From NCBI GenBank assembly GCA_020073485.1, contig JAIQFB010000011.1, positions 50,046 to 114,045 on the forward strand: a DNA stretch of 64,000 nt, read 5' to 3'. Below, in pieces: positions 9,423 through 21,093 of the stretch. Under the pieces are notes generated by a model. The model worked only from the letters and a program-made list of their open reading frames with translations, did not search any database and was not told the DNA's origin. Within the stretch, counting starts at the first letter, position 1. Every line of letters starts with the position of its first letter. Origin of the DNA: Terriglobia bacterium. GTDB taxonomy: Bacteria > Acidobacteriota > Terriglobia > Acidiferrales > UBA7541. A program made the position numbers and the translations under genes.

Positions 9423-10091
9423 TTAAACCGTCACATTCAAACTGCCGGCGCTCGCCGGAACGCCCGAGCCCGTTGCTCCGGCCGATCCGGGCGAAATGAA
9501 CCCGCCAATCTGCTGCAGATCGTTCTGCAAGGTCGCAAACGCCTGCTGCGCGCCCTGGAGATTTCCGCCTTGCAGATCCTGAGCCAGTTGACTGAACGCC
9601 TGGGCAACCGGATTGGTCTGTTGCGAGAACGAAGATGGCGAGGAGGACGACGAGGAATTCTGGTCGTTATCCACGCGGTGATGATGATGGCGATGTCCGC
9701 CGGATGGCTGCGCGCCCTGCACTTCCTGCTGCGCCGTCTGCTGGATGTTGGTGTAATCCTGTTGCGCCGCCTGCAAATTCCCCGATTGCAGATCCTGCCC
9801 CAGTTGCTGGAAGGCCTTGATTAATGGATTGGCTCCCGTCTGACTGGTTCCCGAAGCGCTGTTCAATAGGCTCGAGAAATCGCCCGTGCCGCCGCCGGTT
9901 TGGCTCAACCCCGGGAGATTCTGGGACAGGGTCGCAAAATCCTGCTGCGCCCCGTTCAGATTGCCGGATTGCAGGTCCTGCCCGAGTTGCTGAAACTCAC
10001 TGCGGATCTGCTGAAATCTGCTCTGGCCCGTCTGGGGCTGCGAACTATTTAGCACGGAAAGGATCCCGCTGGCGATGCCTGCAACCGACAT
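9423..10091 (-). CDS. Gln-rich triple-repeat protein with a His cluster, unknown function
   Basis: 222 aa. Three copies of about 30 aa with core F-x-QL-[GA]-QDLQ-[SG]-GNL-x-[GA]-AQQ-[DA]-[FY], plus GGHRHHHHR and a poly-Ser run. No obvious signal peptide. Same strand as the JAMM gene and 71 bp upstream of it. Confidence 0.6.
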   Translation of the reverse strand: MSVAGIASGILSVLNSSQPQTGQSRFQQIRSEFQQLGQDLQSGNLNGAQQDFATLSQNLPGLSQTGGGTGDFSSLLNSASGTSQTGANPLIKAFQQLGQDLQSGNLQAAQQDYTNIQQTAQQEVQGAQPSGGHRHHHHRVDNDQNSSSSSSPSSFSQQTNPVAQAFSQLAQDLQGGNLQGAQQAFATLQNDLQQIGGFISPGSAGATGSGVPASAGSLNVTV

Positions 10092-10453
10092 GTTTCACCT
10101 CAATTTGTAAAGCAAGAAACAATCAAGTGTTTTTGCGCAAACATATCCAAATGCTTTATCGGCGGAACTTTCAAGAATTTTAGGCGTCCCGCCGCCCGGC
10201 AAAGTACGCGTTTGCTAATGCAAATAGCCTGCCAAGTCCATTCCGCCTTTCCGCGTTTCCGCACCGGCGAATTCGTTGGACTTAGCGAACGCAACGGCAC
10301 ACAAGCAAGGAGCCGGCATGATTGACTGGGCAAGAATTTCGGTTCGACACATGATTTCTCCGGCAAGTTTTGCCCCTGTGCCAAGATGAAACATGCTCCT
10401 AGAATGACCTCAGCAAGAGAGGGAAAGAACGTGAATTGCGAATCAAGGCAGGG

Positions 10454-10491
10454 AAAATAAAAATGCCGGGGCGCGTTCGATGCACCCCGGC
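10454..10491 (-). terminator. intrinsic terminator after ftsZ (end of the dcw operon)
   Basis: The minus strand reads GCCGGGGTGC-ATCGAAC-GCGCCCCGGC followed by ATTTTTATTTT, starting about 20 nt after the ftsZ stop. Confidence 0.65.
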
Positions 10492-10511
10492 ACGTCCGGA
10501 AGGAAACGAGG

Positions 10512-11696
10512 CTAAGCTTTTTGCGCCGCGCGGCGAAGAAAGGTCGGAACGTCGAGATCGTCCGCGGCGGTCGTATTCTCCTGGTGAATGACTTCGTTGA
10601 CGGCCGGGCGCGGCGCCTCCTGCGGAACTTCTTGCGGCGCGACTTCCACTGGCTCCTCGCGGCCCGCCTTCCAGGTTTTGGGTAAATAGGCCGGCTTCTG
10701 GTGCGGCTGGCGGCGCGCCGCCTCGCGGAATCCCGCGGCGATCACGGTGATTTTGACCTGTTCCTTCATGTTGTCGTCCATCACCGCGCCGAAAATGATG
10801 TTGGCGTTTTCGTGAGCGGCCTTCTGGATGACGCTAGAAGCTTCGTGGACTTCGTTGAGCGTGAGGCTGGACGATCCGGAAATGTTGATGAGGATGCCCT
10901 GCGCGCCCTGAATCGAATTGTCCTCGAGCAGCGGGCTGTTGATGGCGCGATTGGCGGCATCGATGGCGCGGTTTGTTCCGGAGGCCACCGCCGTGCCCAT
11001 CACGGCGTATCCCTGCCCCTGCATGATGGTGCGCACGTCGGCAAAGTCGCGGTTGATGATGCCGGGAATGGTGATGATGTCGCTGATTCCCTGCACGGCC
11101 TGGCGCAGAATATCGTCGGCGATGCGGAAGGCCTCGAAGAAGCTGGTACCGGCTTCGACCGTCTCCATCAGGCGTTCGTTGGGAATGACGATCACGGTGT
11201 CGACGCAGCCGACCAGTTCCGAGAGAGCCTGCTCGGCCTGCTGCTGCCGGCGCTTGCCCTCGAATGCGAAGGGCTTGGTGACCACCGCCACAGTGAGCGC
11301 GCCGAGTTCGCTGGCGAGTGACGCCACCACTGGCGCCGCGCCGCTGCCGGTGCCGCCGCCAAGGCCGGTGGTCAGGAAAATCATGTCCGAACCTTCGAGC
11401 GCTTCAATGATTTTGTCGGTATCCTCGAGCGCCGCCTTGCGGCCAATCTCGGGATTGGCCCCGGCGCCAAGTCCCTTGGTGAGCTTGCCGCCAAGTTGCA
11501 GCTTGGTGGGCGCCTGGGAAAGCTTCAGCGCCTGCAGGTCGGTATTCGCGGCAATGAATTCGACGCCCTCGACCTTGGCGCGGATCATGCGGTTGACGGC
11601 ATTGCATCCTCCGCCGCCCACGCCGATGACCTTGATCTTCGCGCCCTGTTGATTTTCCTCACTAAACGAAATCCGGATTCCCGCGTCTTTCGCCAT
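10512..11696 (-). CDS. ftsZ: cell division GTPase FtsZ
   Basis: Tubulin signature [11 protein letters not shown] and [13 protein letters not shown] chose the ATG at 11696 (MAKDAG) because GGAGG lies 10 nt upstream. The ORF-track start at 11750 would overlap the ftsA stop. Confidence 0.95.
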   Translation of the reverse strand: MAKDAGIRISFSEENQQGAKIKVIGVGGGGCNAVNRMIRAKVEGVEFIAANTDLQALKLSQAPTKLQLGGKLTKGLGAGANPEIGRKAALEDTDKIIEALEGSDMIFLTTGLGGGTGSGAAPVVASLASELGALTVAVVTKPFAFEGKRRQQQAEQALSELVGCVDTVIVIPNERLMETVEAGTSFFEAFRIADDILRQAVQGISDIITIPGIINRDFADVRTIMQGQGYAVMGTAVASGTNRAIDAANRAINSPLLEDNSIQGAQGILINISGSSSLTLNEVHEASSVIQKAAHENANIIFGAVMDDNMKEQVKITVIAAGFREAARRQPHQKPAYLPKTWKAGREEPVEVAPQEVPQEAPRPAVNEVIHQENTTAADDLDVPTFLRRAAQKA

Positions 11697-11749
11697 AATA
11701 TTCATTCCTCCGCCAAAAAAGTGGCCCTGCCCCGCCGGAGTTTTTTTCA

Positions 11750-12961
11750 TTACGCACCAGCGAACATGCTTCTGATTTTTGCCACAAACGTGGCCGGCTT
11801 CTGCGGCGCCTGGCGCCGGGCTCGCGCGCCATACAGCAGCAGGCCGACTACGGTTGCGTACTCGGGCTGGGAAAGTTCCTGGGGCATTCCTTCCAGGCCT
11901 CGGGGTTTCGCCAGACGGACGGGCAAATTAAACATCCGCTCGGCCAACTCGACAAGGCCTTTCAGGTGCGCCCCGCCGCCGGACAGCACCAGGCCGGCGG
12001 GGATCAGCGCGCTAAATCCACCGCGCTGCAATTCGTCGCGAACCAGCGAGAGCAGCTCGTGCGCCCGCGGCTCGACAATTTCGTTCAGCATTCTGGTGAA
12101 CACGGTGCGCGGGGGACGGTCGCCGACGCTGGCGATTTCGATGCCCTTATCCTCCAGGATCATCTCCGCGCAGACGCATCCGTATTCGCGCTTGATTTTT
12201 TCCGCCTCGGGAATCGGGGTGCGCAAGCCCACGGCCAGATCGTTGGTGAAGTGATCTCCGCCCACCGGGATAGCCGCCGCGTGGCGTAGCATGCCGTTGC
12301 CGAAGACCACCAGCTCCGTGGTGCCTCCGCCGATATCGAGCAGACAGCAGCCCAGTTCGCGTTCATCCTGCGTGAGGCACGCTTCGGCCGACGCCAATGG
12401 TTCCAGAACCGTGTCGGCAACTTCCACGCCCGCCTGGTTCACGGCAATCACCAGATTCTGCATGGCCGAGGCCGAGGATGTCACCAGATGGACGTTGACC
12501 TCAAGGCGCTGGCCGACCATTCCCAGCGGATCGCGGATATTGTCTTGCGCGTCGAGCAGAAATTCCTGGGGGAGCACGTGCAACACCACGCGATCCTCGG
12601 GAAGAGTGATATTGCGAGCGGCGTCTACGGCGTGGCGTACGTCCTCGCGGTTAATGTCCCGCGGGCGGTTGCCCAGCGTGATTCCGCCGCGGCTGTTGAC
12701 GCCGCGCACGTGGCCTCCAGCGACGCCGACCACGGCGCGCTCCACTGGCACGCCGGCAACCCCTTCGGCTTCCTCGATGGCCCGACGTACCGAGGTCGCC
12801 GTCGCGCCAATGTTTGCGATCAAGCCTTTACGCAGTCCCTTGGATTCGGCGGCCCCCATGGAGACAAATTTCACGCCGGTGTCATCCATTTCGCCGACCA
12901 AGGCGCAGGTCTTGGCGCTGCCGACGTCCAGCGCCACCAGATACTTGTCCTTCTTCGTCAA
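11750..12961 (-). CDS. ftsA: cell division protein FtsA
   Basis: Actin-like ATPase ([25 protein letters not shown]). I chose the TTG at 12961, preceded by AAGGAG 7 nt upstream. The 480-aa ORF-track version adds an Arg/Ala-rich extension that overlaps ftsQ. Confidence 0.9.
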   Translation of the reverse strand: MTKKDKYLVALDVGSAKTCALVGEMDDTGVKFVSMGAAESKGLRKGLIANIGATATSVRRAIEEAEGVAGVPVERAVVGVAGGHVRGVNSRGGITLGNRPRDINREDVRHAVDAARNITLPEDRVVLHVLPQEFLLDAQDNIRDPLGMVGQRLEVNVHLVTSSASAMQNLVIAVNQAGVEVADTVLEPLASAEACLTQDERELGCCLLDIGGGTTELVVFGNGMLRHAAAIPVGGDHFTNDLAVGLRTPIPEAEKIKREYGCVCAEMILEDKGIEIASVGDRPPRTVFTRMLNEIVEPRAHELLSLVRDELQRGGFSALIPAGLVLSGGGAHLKGLVELAERMFNLPVRLAKPRGLEGMPQELSQPEYATVVGLLLYGARARRQAPQKPATFVAKIRSMFAGA

Positions 12962-13035
12962 TCCGCCGCTCCTTGTCGTCTCCTGCCGCTCGGATGGGGA
13001 CGCATCCGGGCAAGAGTTCTTTCCAAAAAAATTCG

Positions 13036-13986
13036 CTACTGCCGTTTGTGCGCAGCCTTGGCATGCGCCGGCACGGCGTGCGCCGCAACGTGCGCCGCGC
13101 TGGCGGCCACAGTCCGGGTCTCCGGATTCACGACCACCTGCCGCGCAAACCGCAAATCCACCGAATCGACGCTTCCGGCGCTGGAGCGCCACTGCGCGAT
13201 GTTCTCCGAAAGCATGCGATACCGCTCGCCGAAATTAGAATCGCCAAAGTGTACAAGCACGGGCGCCGCGCCGCCAGTGGCCGGGCCAAGTCCGGTGAGC
13301 GTGGCGCGCAAATCGGCGGCGTCGGAAAGATCCACTTCGCTGACATGATCGTCCGCACCGGGCGCCGCCAGTTCAATATCCTTCATGAACTGCACGTACG
13401 TATTCATGCGAAGCTCGCGCAATTCACGCGTCATCGATTCCCCGATGCCCGAGACCACCGGAAAACGGAACTCGCCGTCGGCGGGCCGCTCCAGGATCAT
13501 ACCGTGCGAGTCAACCAGCGATAGATCGCCGGCTGTGCGCAGAAAAGCCACCGGCGAGCGTTCGGTGATTTCGACGCGAATCCGGTTGGGCAGCACGCGC
13601 TGCACTCCGGCCTGCTCCACCCACGGAAGCGATTCGAGCGCCTTGCGGCGGTCCTCCAGCGGAACGCGCACCACGCTGCGGCCCAGGTCGGCGGAAAATT
13701 TTTCGGTGATGGCGTCGCGCGACACGAAGCGGTTGCCTTCAATCTGAATTTGATCGGGGCTTTCCAGCATCACGCCCGGAGAGAATAGGAAGTAGTGTCC
13801 CGCCTGGTAGACCGCCAGTCCCAGGACCAGCGCGGCGACGACGGCGGCGAGCACGCGGCGGTACAGGGGCCACGTCTTACGGCTGAATTTGCGCTTGCGA
13901 ATCTCCACCGGCTTCTGCCGGCGGAGATACTTCGGCTCCTCTTCAGCCAGCGCGTCCGCGGGAAGATAATCGGGTTCTGCGCTCAT
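13036..13986 (-). CDS. ftsQ: cell division protein FtsQ (POTRA domain)
   Basis: Single TM segment (VLAAVVAALVLGLAVY) followed by POTRA-like IQIEGNRFVSRDAI. The ATG at 13986 forms an ATGA overlap with the murB stop. Confidence 0.85.
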   Translation of the reverse strand: MSAEPDYLPADALAEEEPKYLRRQKPVEIRKRKFSRKTWPLYRRVLAAVVAALVLGLAVYQAGHYFLFSPGVMLESPDQIQIEGNRFVSRDAITEKFSADLGRSVVRVPLEDRRKALESLPWVEQAGVQRVLPNRIRVEITERSPVAFLRTAGDLSLVDSHGMILERPADGEFRFPVVSGIGESMTRELRELRMNTYVQFMKDIELAAPGADDHVSEVDLSDAADLRATLTGLGPATGGAAPVLVHFGDSNFGERYRMLSENIAQWRSSAGSVDSVDLRFARQVVVNPETRTVAASAAHVAAHAVPAHAKAAHKRQ

Positions 13987-14894
13987 GCGTCCTTCCACAC
14001 GATGACTTCTTCCTCAAGTTCCACGCCGTACCGTTCGCGCACGCGGCGGCGCACATCGGCGATCAACGCGAGCATGTCGGCGGCGGTGGCGTGTCCTGCA
14101 TTCACAAAAAAATTGGCGTGGCGGTCGCTCACGCGGGCGTCTCCGACCGAGTGGCCCTTCAGGCCCAGCTCGTCGATCATGCGCCCGGCGGACCCGCCCG
14201 GCGGATTCTTGAAAATACAGCCCGCGCTTTTTTGATTGAGCGGCTGGCTGGCTCGCCGCTTCTCATTGCAGATACGTATTCCTTGGAGAATTTCGCTGTA
14301 CGGTTTGGAGGGAAGTTCCAGTCGCACCGACAGCATAATATCATCGACCGCAAAAGATGTATGCCGGTATTCGAAATTTATTTCAGGGCCCCGCAGGGTC
14401 ACGATCTGTCCGGTGGACCCCCGAAACACGCGCACTTCTCTTACATGCGTTCCAATCTGCGTGCCATAGGCTCCCGCGTTCATGCGCAGGGCGCCGCCAA
14501 CGGTTCCCGGAACGCCGATCAGTCCTTCCATGCCGCCGAGATCGTGTTTTGCACAGGTGGTCACCGTGCGGCCCAGGTCAGCGGCGCAATCCACCCATAC
14601 GGAATTTCCATCGAAGGAGATGTCCGGGTCGCGACGAGCCAATTGCAGGATGGCCCAGGGCAATTCACCGTCGGGAAGAAGCACGTTGCTGCCTCCGCCG
14701 AGAAAGCGGTAGCGCACGCCAGCATTTTTCAACAGGCGGACCAATTCCGGCAAGGAATCGTGGTTTTGAATCACCAGCATGTCGGAGGTTCCGCCGATTC
14801 CCAGGGAAGTTTTTTCCGCCAGCGATACCCCGGGTTTGTAATCGACGCCCAGGGTGCCGATCGCCGCGATCAGATTGGGATCGTTAATGCGCAT
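13983..14894 (-). CDS. murB: UDP-N-acetylenolpyruvoylglucosamine reductase
   Basis: FAD-binding [28 protein letters not shown], and C-terminal SAGCIFKNP. Start taken at MRINDPN (14894), which overlaps the murC end by 11 nt. Confidence 0.9.
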   Translation of the reverse strand: MRINDPNLIAAIGTLGVDYKPGVSLAEKTSLGIGGTSDMLVIQNHDSLPELVRLLKNAGVRYRFLGGGSNVLLPDGELPWAILQLARRDPDISFDGNSVWVDCAADLGRTVTTCAKHDLGGMEGLIGVPGTVGGALRMNAGAYGTQIGTHVREVRVFRGSTGQIVTLRGPEINFEYRHTSFAVDDIMLSVRLELPSKPYSEILQGIRICNEKRRASQPLNQKSAGCIFKNPPGGSAGRMIDELGLKGHSVGDARVSDRHANFFVNAGHATAADMLALIADVRRRVRERYGVELEEEVIVWKDA

Positions 14895-16290
14895 GATCCA
14901 TTGAAACCCTTGCTCCCAGCAGCACGGCAAGTTCGCCCGGAGCGCGGCTCACGTTGCCCGCGCCGATCGTCAGGATTGCATCGCCGGGCCGCGCGGCCTT
15001 GAGCAATTCTTCAATTCCCTCCTGCATCGAGCTGCGGTAGACGACGTTCTTGTGTCCCGCCGCGCGAATGGCTTCGGCCAGCGCCTGCCCGGAAACTCCG
15101 GGGATGGGCGGCTCGCCCGCGGCGTAAATGTCCATGAGCACGACCATGTCAGCCTGATTGAACGCGCGGCAGAATTCGTCCCACAGGTGCTTGGTCCGCG
15201 AGTAGCGGTGCGGCTGGAAGAGGACGAGGACGCGGTTAAAATTGCAGCCGCGCGCCGCTTCCAGCGTGGCGCGAATCTCCACGGGGTGGTGGCCGTAGTC
15301 GTCGATCAACGTGATGTGGTTGATGACGCCTTTGACGTCAAAGCGGCGGCCCACGCCGGCAAATTCCTCCAGGCCCACGCGGATCAGGTCCGCCGGAACA
15401 TTCAAGTACAGCGCGACAGCGGCGGCAGCGGCGGCGTTGCGCACGTTGTGAATTCCCGGAGGGCCGTTCAAATGAAAAATTCCCAGGTCGTCTCCGCGGT
15501 AGGTCAGCCGGAACGTGCTTTCCAAGCCGATGAGTTCGATATCGCCGATCACCAAGTCGGCCTGGCTGGACGTGCCGTAAGTGATGACCGGGCGCTTGAC
15601 GTTGGGGATGATGGCCTGCACGTTCGGCTCGTCGAGACACAGCACGGCGGCGCCGTAGAACGGCACACGATTGACGAACTGCGTGAAAATTTCCTGAATT
15701 TCCGAAATCGATTTGTACGTGTCCAGGTGCTCGCGGTCGATCGTGGTGACGACGGCGACCACCGGAGCCAGCAGCAAAAATGTGCGATCGCTTTCGTCTG
15801 CTTCGACGACCATATATTCGCCGCGGCCCAGGCGCGCGGTCGAGCCGATGTGGTTCACTCGGCCGCCCACGACAAACGTGGGGTCAAGGCCCGCGGCGGC
15901 CAGCACGCTCGCGGTCATGGACGTGGTGGTTGTTTTTCCGTGCGCTCCGGCAATGGCAATGCCGTATTTCAGGCGCATCAGTTCCGCGAGCATTTCCGCG
16001 CGCGGGATCACCGGAATTTTCTGGCGATGGGCTTCGGCCACTTCGGGATTGTCGCCGCGCACCGCGGACGACACGACCACGACGTGCGCCCCGTGAATCT
16101 GTTCGGCCTTGTGGCCCTCGAAGATTTCCGCGCCCATGTTTTGCAGGCGCTCGGTAATCGCGGAAGTTTTCGTGTCCGAGCCCGAGACGGCGTAGCCGAG
16201 CGTCAACAGGACTTCGGCGATGCCGCTCATGCCGATCCCGCCGATGCCGACCAAGTGGATGCGCTTGAAATTTCGGAACGTCACCATCAT
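14884..16290 (-). CDS. murC: UDP-N-acetylmuramate--L-alanine ligase
   Basis: 468 aa. [17 protein letters not shown] and the Mur ligase P-loop [11 protein letters not shown]. Confidence 0.95.
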   Translation of the reverse strand: MMVTFRNFKRIHLVGIGGIGMSGIAEVLLTLGYAVSGSDTKTSAITERLQNMGAEIFEGHKAEQIHGAHVVVVSSAVRGDNPEVAEAHRQKIPVIPRAEMLAELMRLKYGIAIAGAHGKTTTTSMTASVLAAAGLDPTFVVGGRVNHIGSTARLGRGEYMVVEADESDRTFLLLAPVVAVVTTIDREHLDTYKSISEIQEIFTQFVNRVPFYGAAVLCLDEPNVQAIIPNVKRPVITYGTSSQADLVIGDIELIGLESTFRLTYRGDDLGIFHLNGPPGIHNVRNAAAAAAVALYLNVPADLIRVGLEEFAGVGRRFDVKGVINHITLIDDYGHHPVEIRATLEAARGCNFNRVLVLFQPHRYSRTKHLWDEFCRAFNQADMVVLMDIYAAGEPPIPGVSGQALAEAIRAAGHKNVVYRSSMQEGIEELLKAARPGDAILTIGAGNVSRAPGELAVLLGARVSMDHAH

Positions 16291-16293
16291 GAA

Positions 16294-17415
16294 TTAACCG
16301 TCCCTTTTCGGGCGGGCTCCAAGCGGAGCCCGCACCCATTCGACCATGTCTACAATGTCCTGCACGGCGCGTGGTTTCGACAGCTTGCGCGCATTCGCAG
16401 CCATCGCCTGTAACGCGGCGGGCTGCTCGAGCAAATCGAAAATTTCCTTTGTCAAACGCTCCGCGGTGAGCTGGGGCTCCGGGATCAATCTCGCTGCGCC
16501 AGCACGCTCCATTTCCTGGGCGTTGCGCAACTGGTGGCTATCGGTGGAGGCACCGAAGGGGATGAAGATGGCGGCGCGCCCGGACGCTGCGACTTCCGCG
16601 GCCGTAATCGCGCCCGCTCGGCAGACGATCAGGTCGGCCTGGGCAAAACGTTCCGCCATGTTCCCGATGAAGGGCAGTACCTCCGCGTTGATTTCACGCC
16701 GCGCATATGCCACGCGCACAGCATTATAGTCGCGCTCGCCGGTCTGGTGCACGATGGAGATGCGATTTTTTTGCGCAGCCAGCAACTCGGCGGAATCGAC
16801 CAGCGTGCGGTTGATGACCAGCGCGCCCTGGCTGCCGCCGGTGATCAGGATATGAAACGGCTCGGCCGGCGCGCGCTCGGCGATCGCGAAAAATTCCGGG
16901 CGCACGGGAATGCCGGTGAGCGTGGCCTTGGCGCCCCACAATTTTGTCGGCGCTTCATAGGCCGTGGCGATGCGCGTGGCGATGCGCGCGAGCACGCGAT
17001 TGGTGAACCCGGGCTCGGCGTTCGGCTCAAACACGATGGTCGGCAATCCGCGCAATACCGCGGCCAGCATCATCGGCCCGGCGGCGTATCCGCCCACTCC
17101 CAGCGCGGCGCAAAATTTGTGTTTGCGAAGAATCGAGAAGGAATCCCACATCGCGGGAGCGAGTTTTGCAACGTTGCGCGCCAGGCGCATCCCGCCGATG
17201 CCCTTGAGGCCCGCCGAGCGAATCGTCTCCAGCGGAAACCCGGCCTCGGGCACCAGGCGCGATTCCAGTCCACGTTGCGTTCCGACAAACACGACTTCCC
17301 TTTCCGGGCCTCGCGACATCCATTCCCGGGCGATGGCCAGCGCGGGAAAAACGTGCCCGCCCGTGCCGCCGCCGGCAATCAATAGCTTCCAGCTTCCGGT
17401 TCCCTCTCGCGTCAA
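16294..17415 (-). CDS. murG: undecaprenyldiphospho-muramoylpentapeptide beta-N-acetylglucosaminyltransferase
   Basis: 373 aa. GGGTGGHVFPALAIA near the N-terminus. Apparent TTG start. Confidence 0.93.
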   Translation of the reverse strand: MTREGTGSWKLLIAGGGTGGHVFPALAIAREWMSRGPEREVVFVGTQRGLESRLVPEAGFPLETIRSAGLKGIGGMRLARNVAKLAPAMWDSFSILRKHKFCAALGVGGYAAGPMMLAAVLRGLPTIVFEPNAEPGFTNRVLARIATRIATAYEAPTKLWGAKATLTGIPVRPEFFAIAERAPAEPFHILITGGSQGALVINRTLVDSAELLAAQKNRISIVHQTGERDYNAVRVAYARREINAEVLPFIGNMAERFAQADLIVCRAGAITAAEVAASGRAAIFIPFGASTDSHQLRNAQEMERAGAARLIPEPQLTAERLTKEIFDLLEQPAALQAMAANARKLSKPRAVQDIVDMVEWVRAPLGARPKRDG

Positions 17416-17440
17416 TTCGCGCTCCGGTTTGGACGCACGA

Positions 17441-18544
17441 TCAATCCGCCTGCTGGCTGATATTCAGGAGCACGCCGGTGGCCAGCAGCATCACCAGCAA
17501 GCTCGAGCCGCCGTAGCTGATGAACGGCAGGGGAATCCCTTTGGTCGGCATCATTCCCAGCACCACGCCAAGATTGATCAGCGCCTGGCTCAGGACCATC
17601 ACGGTGATACCCAGCGCTGCGAGACGCCCGAAATCGTCCTTGATGTTGAACGCCGAGCGCATCCCGCGCCACCCATAAACCGCGAACAGTCCCAGCACCA
17701 GCGCGCCGCCGATGAAACCCAACTCCTCGCACAGCACGGAAAAAATGAAATCCGTGTGCGCCTCCGGCAAATAAAACAGTTTTTGCTTGCTCTCCATCAA
17801 ACCCACGCCGGTAAATCCTCCCGAGCCCACGGCGATCAGCGATTGCAGCAATTGAAACCCGTGTCCCTGCGGATCCGCCGCCGGATTCAGGAACGCAACG
17901 ACGCGTTCGTAGCGGTAGGAAACGCGCACGATCAGCAAATAGACGATGGGCATCGCGGCGAGGCCTGCCCAAACGATATATTTTCCGTTGAGGCCCGCGA
18001 CGTACAGCATCGCCAGCGCGATAATGAATATTTCCACGGCCGTGCCCAGATCCGGCTCGATCACGATCAGTCCGACCAGCGCCAGGACGGGGCACAGCGC
18101 CGGAAGGATGGTGTGTTTCCAGTTGTTGATGCCAAAACTTTCCGGACGGCGCCTCCGCTCCAGGAACCACGCCAGATAAAAAATCACCGCAAGCTTGGCG
18201 AATTCGGAAGGCTGCAGGCTCGCCGGACCCAGTCGGATCCAGCGATGCGTGGCGTGCGACTTGTCCAGGAAAAACGCGCCCACCAGCAGTACCAGCACGC
18301 CGAACAGCGCGGTGAAAATCACTTCCGGCCGGCGCAATTTGCGGTAATCCATGTTCATGACGGCCATCATTCCGCCCAGGCCGACGGCCAGCCACAGCAG
18401 CTGGCGAAGCAGGAAGTGGGAGCCGTTGCCGTACTCGTCTCGCGCGGTAACGGCCGAAGCGCTGAACACCATGATGGCGCCGACCAGGCATAGGGCCACG
18501 GTCGAGCCGAACATCCAGCGGTCGGTTTGCAAATGCCGGGGCAT
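17441..18544 (-). CDS. ftsW: SEDS-family peptidoglycan polymerase FtsW
   Basis: 367 aa polytopic membrane protein. QPSEFAKL, LPEAHTDFIF, and PTKGIPLPFISYGGSS. Confidence 0.92.
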   Translation of the reverse strand: MPRHLQTDRWMFGSTVALCLVGAIMVFSASAVTARDEYGNGSHFLLRQLLWLAVGLGGMMAVMNMDYRKLRRPEVIFTALFGVLVLLVGAFFLDKSHATHRWIRLGPASLQPSEFAKLAVIFYLAWFLERRRRPESFGINNWKHTILPALCPVLALVGLIVIEPDLGTAVEIFIIALAMLYVAGLNGKYIVWAGLAAMPIVYLLIVRVSYRYERVVAFLNPAADPQGHGFQLLQSLIAVGSGGFTGVGLMESKQKLFYLPEAHTDFIFSVLCEELGFIGGALVLGLFAVYGWRGMRSAFNIKDDFGRLAALGITVMVLSQALINLGVVLGMMPTKGIPLPFISYGGSSLLVMLLATGVLLNISQQAD

Positions 18545-18546
18545 GA

Positions 18547-19962
18547 TCAGGCCTTTCGCGCGGCCGCAGTCGCCGTGTGTTTTTGTGCGAGTTCGCGGAC
18601 GAGTTGCTTGAAGACGCGCCCGCGTTGCTCGTAATTCTCAAACTGGTCGAAGCTCGCGCAGGCCGGCGCGAGCAGCACGGTATCACCGGGCCGGGCGCGC
18701 TCGGCCGCGATTTCGACGGCGCGCGCCAGCGTGCCGGCGCGCTCGGCGGGCACCACGCCGGCGAGCTGCGTTTCGATTTTTCCGGCGGCGTCGCCGATCA
18801 ATAGGACCATGCGTGCGTGCCGCGCCAGCGCGCCTTGCAGAATCGTGTAGTCGCTGCCCTTGTCCTTGCCTCCCAGGATCACCAGCACGTTACCGGGAAA
18901 GGCGTCCAGCGCCTTCAGTGTGGCATCGACGTTGGTGGCCTTGGAGTCGTTGAAATATTCCACGCCGGAAATCGTCGCGACGTACTCGATGCGGTGTTCC
19001 ACGCCCGCGAAACTTTTGACTCCCTGCGCGATCGCCCGCGGTTCGACGCCCACCAGCGTGGCAGCGGCTGCGGCAGCCAGGACGTTTTCGATGTTGTGAT
19101 TGCCGCGCAGGCCGATATCCCTGCAGCGCAGAAGTACCGTCTCCGCGCTGTCCATGCGGAATAAAATCTCATCGTCGCGCACGAAACATCCCTGCTCAAC
19201 ATGCTTTTGCCGGCTGAACCAGAACACCCGCGTGTTGGACGGCGCGTATTGCGGGGCCATGGCGTCGTCCGCGTTGACCACGGCGGCGTCCTCGGCGGTT
19301 TGATTTTCAAACAGCCGCGCCTTGGCTCGCGCATAAGCGTCAAACGATCCGTGCCGGTCGAGATGGTCCGGCGTGAGATTCAGCAGCACGGCCACGTCCG
19401 GACGGAACGCGGAAATCGATTCCAGCTGAAAACTGCTGGCCTCGACCACGGTGAAGCCCGTGTCGCTCGACACATCCACGCGCGAGATCAGCGGCGTGCC
19501 GATATTTCCCGCCACCTGCACGGGCATCCCGGCGGTTTCCAGGATGTGGCCGGTGAGCGCCGTCGTGGTGGTCTTGCCATTGGACCCCGTAATGCAGATC
19601 AGACGGCCGCGCAGAAATCTCCAGGCCAGCTCGATTTCGCTCCACACCGGAATGCCGATGGCGCGCGCGGCGGCCAGCGCCGCCATGGTCGGCGGCACGC
19701 CAGGGCTCGGAACAATTAAGTCCTGTTCCACAAATGTTCGCGCGCCGTGGCCGCCCAATTCCAATGTCACGCCCGCGGCTCGCAGCTTCGCCGCGGTCTC
19801 GGCGATTTCCGGCTCGGTGCGCTCCTCGGTGGCGGTGACGCGCGCGCCGCGCGCGGCGCAGAACAGCGCCGTGGCGACGCCCGTGCGCGCCAGCCCCACG
19901 ACCAGCACCTGCTTGCCCGCGAGTTCGATTCCCGGCTTCAAAGATTCCTCTCTGTTCCTCAT
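18547..19962 (-). CDS. murD: UDP-N-acetylmuramoylalanine--D-glutamate ligase
   Basis: The long ORF 18547..20796 is trimmed to the ATG at 19962 (MRNREESL), which forms an ATGA overlap with the mraY stop. [10 protein letters not shown] and GSNGKTTTT. Confidence 0.95.
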   Translation of the reverse strand: MRNREESLKPGIELAGKQVLVVGLARTGVATALFCAARGARVTATEERTEPEIAETAAKLRAAGVTLELGGHGARTFVEQDLIVPSPGVPPTMAALAAARAIGIPVWSEIELAWRFLRGRLICITGSNGKTTTTALTGHILETAGMPVQVAGNIGTPLISRVDVSSDTGFTVVEASSFQLESISAFRPDVAVLLNLTPDHLDRHGSFDAYARAKARLFENQTAEDAAVVNADDAMAPQYAPSNTRVFWFSRQKHVEQGCFVRDDEILFRMDSAETVLLRCRDIGLRGNHNIENVLAAAAAATLVGVEPRAIAQGVKSFAGVEHRIEYVATISGVEYFNDSKATNVDATLKALDAFPGNVLVILGGKDKGSDYTILQGALARHARMVLLIGDAAGKIETQLAGVVPAERAGTLARAVEIAAERARPGDTVLLAPACASFDQFENYEQRGRVFKQLVRELAQKHTATAAARKA

Positions 19963-21092
19963 CGCAATTTCAATGTGGTCAGCGAAAATAGCGCAAACAC
20001 CAGCGCGGCGATCCAGAACCGCACGATGATTTTCGATTCGCTCCATCCCGCCAGCTCGAAATGATGATGCAGCGGCGACATCCGGAAAATGCGCTTGCCC
20101 GTCATGCGGAAAGACACCACCTGCAATATCACGGACAGCGCCTCGATCACAAAAACGCCACCAACAAAAAACAGCAGGATTTCCTGCTTGATGGCCACCG
20201 CGATCATGCCGATCGAGCCGCCCAGCGCCAGCGATCCGACGTCTCCCATGAAAACTTCGGCGGGATGCGCGTTGTACCAGAGAAATCCCAGCGCCGAGCC
20301 CATCAGCGCGCCGCAAAATACGGTAAGCTCGCCGACCTGGGGAATATGCGGCAAGTCCAGATAGGCCGAAAAGCCCGCGTGGCTGGTCACATACGTAAGC
20401 ACGGTGAGCGCGCCGGCGGCAACCACCACGCACCCGATGGCCAGCCCGTCGAGGCCGTCGGTGAGATTCACGGCGTTGGACGATCCCACGATGACCAGCG
20501 CGATGAAAATCAGAAACGGCAAATAGCTCAGCCACCAGATGTAGGAAGCCGTGAGCATGGAATGAATGACCAGGTCGGGATGAAAATTCTTGAAGAATGG
20601 CACGCTGAGCTGCGTGGAATATTTTCCCGCCGCCGTCAGCGTCAGCAAAGAGACTGCGACAGCAGTGCTCGCCAGGATCTGCATCGCGAATTTGCGCTTG
20701 CTGGTCAGGCCCAGATTTCTGCGCTTGGAGACCTTGGCGTAATCGTCGATAAACCCGACGATGCCGAACACCAGCATGGTGAACACCGCCAGCCACACGT
20801 ATTCGTTTTCAAGGTCTCCCCAGAGCAATGTTGGCACGACGGTGGAGCCCACGATCAGCACGCCGCCCATGGTCGGCGTTCCGGCCTTGGACTGGTGGCT
20901 CTTGGGACCCTCCTCGCGGATGAACTGCCCGATCTGCATTTCGCGCAGACGCCGGATCACCCAGGGACCAAGCACCAGAGTGATCAGCAACGCCGTGATG
21001 CTGGCCAGCGCAGTCCGCACGGTGATGTAGCGGAACACGTTGAGCGCGTGAAAATAGCGCAGCAGCACGTGATAGAAAAGGTAGAGGAGCAT
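19959..21092 (-). CDS. mraY: phospho-N-acetylmuramoyl-pentapeptide transferase
   Basis: 377 aa polytopic protein. [22 protein letters not shown], and PLHHHFE. Confidence 0.95.
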   Translation of the reverse strand: MLLYLFYHVLLRYFHALNVFRYITVRTALASITALLITLVLGPWVIRRLREMQIGQFIREEGPKSHQSKAGTPTMGGVLIVGSTVVPTLLWGDLENEYVWLAVFTMLVFGIVGFIDDYAKVSKRRNLGLTSKRKFAMQILASTAVAVSLLTLTAAGKYSTQLSVPFFKNFHPDLVIHSMLTASYIWWLSYLPFLIFIALVIVGSSNAVNLTDGLDGLAIGCVVVAAGALTVLTYVTSHAGFSAYLDLPHIPQVGELTVFCGALMGSALGFLWYNAHPAEVFMGDVGSLALGGSIGMIAVAIKQEILLFFVGGVFVIEALSVILQVVSFRMTGKRIFRMSPLHHHFELAGWSESKIIVRFWIAALVFALFSLTTLKLR

Positions 21093-21093
21093 C

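Noticed and set aside
9650-9700. The His cluster (HRHHHH) in the Gln-rich protein as a possible cloning or affinity-tag artefact.
   Set aside because: It is interrupted by Arg, internal to the ORF, embedded in native-looking repeats, and has no vector-like flanks. It is a natural His-rich segment.
17412-18686. A 424-aa minus-strand ORF overlapping ftsW. Similar long shadow ORFs occur at 36131-37591, 40079-42442, 45929-47656, 59634-61178, 48310-49392, 42912-43880 and 52722-53675.
   Set aside because: They are out of frame with, or antisense to, genes that have clear family motifs. Their translations are Arg/Pro/Gly/Ala-rich low-complexity strings, as expected for open non-coding frames in high-GC DNA.
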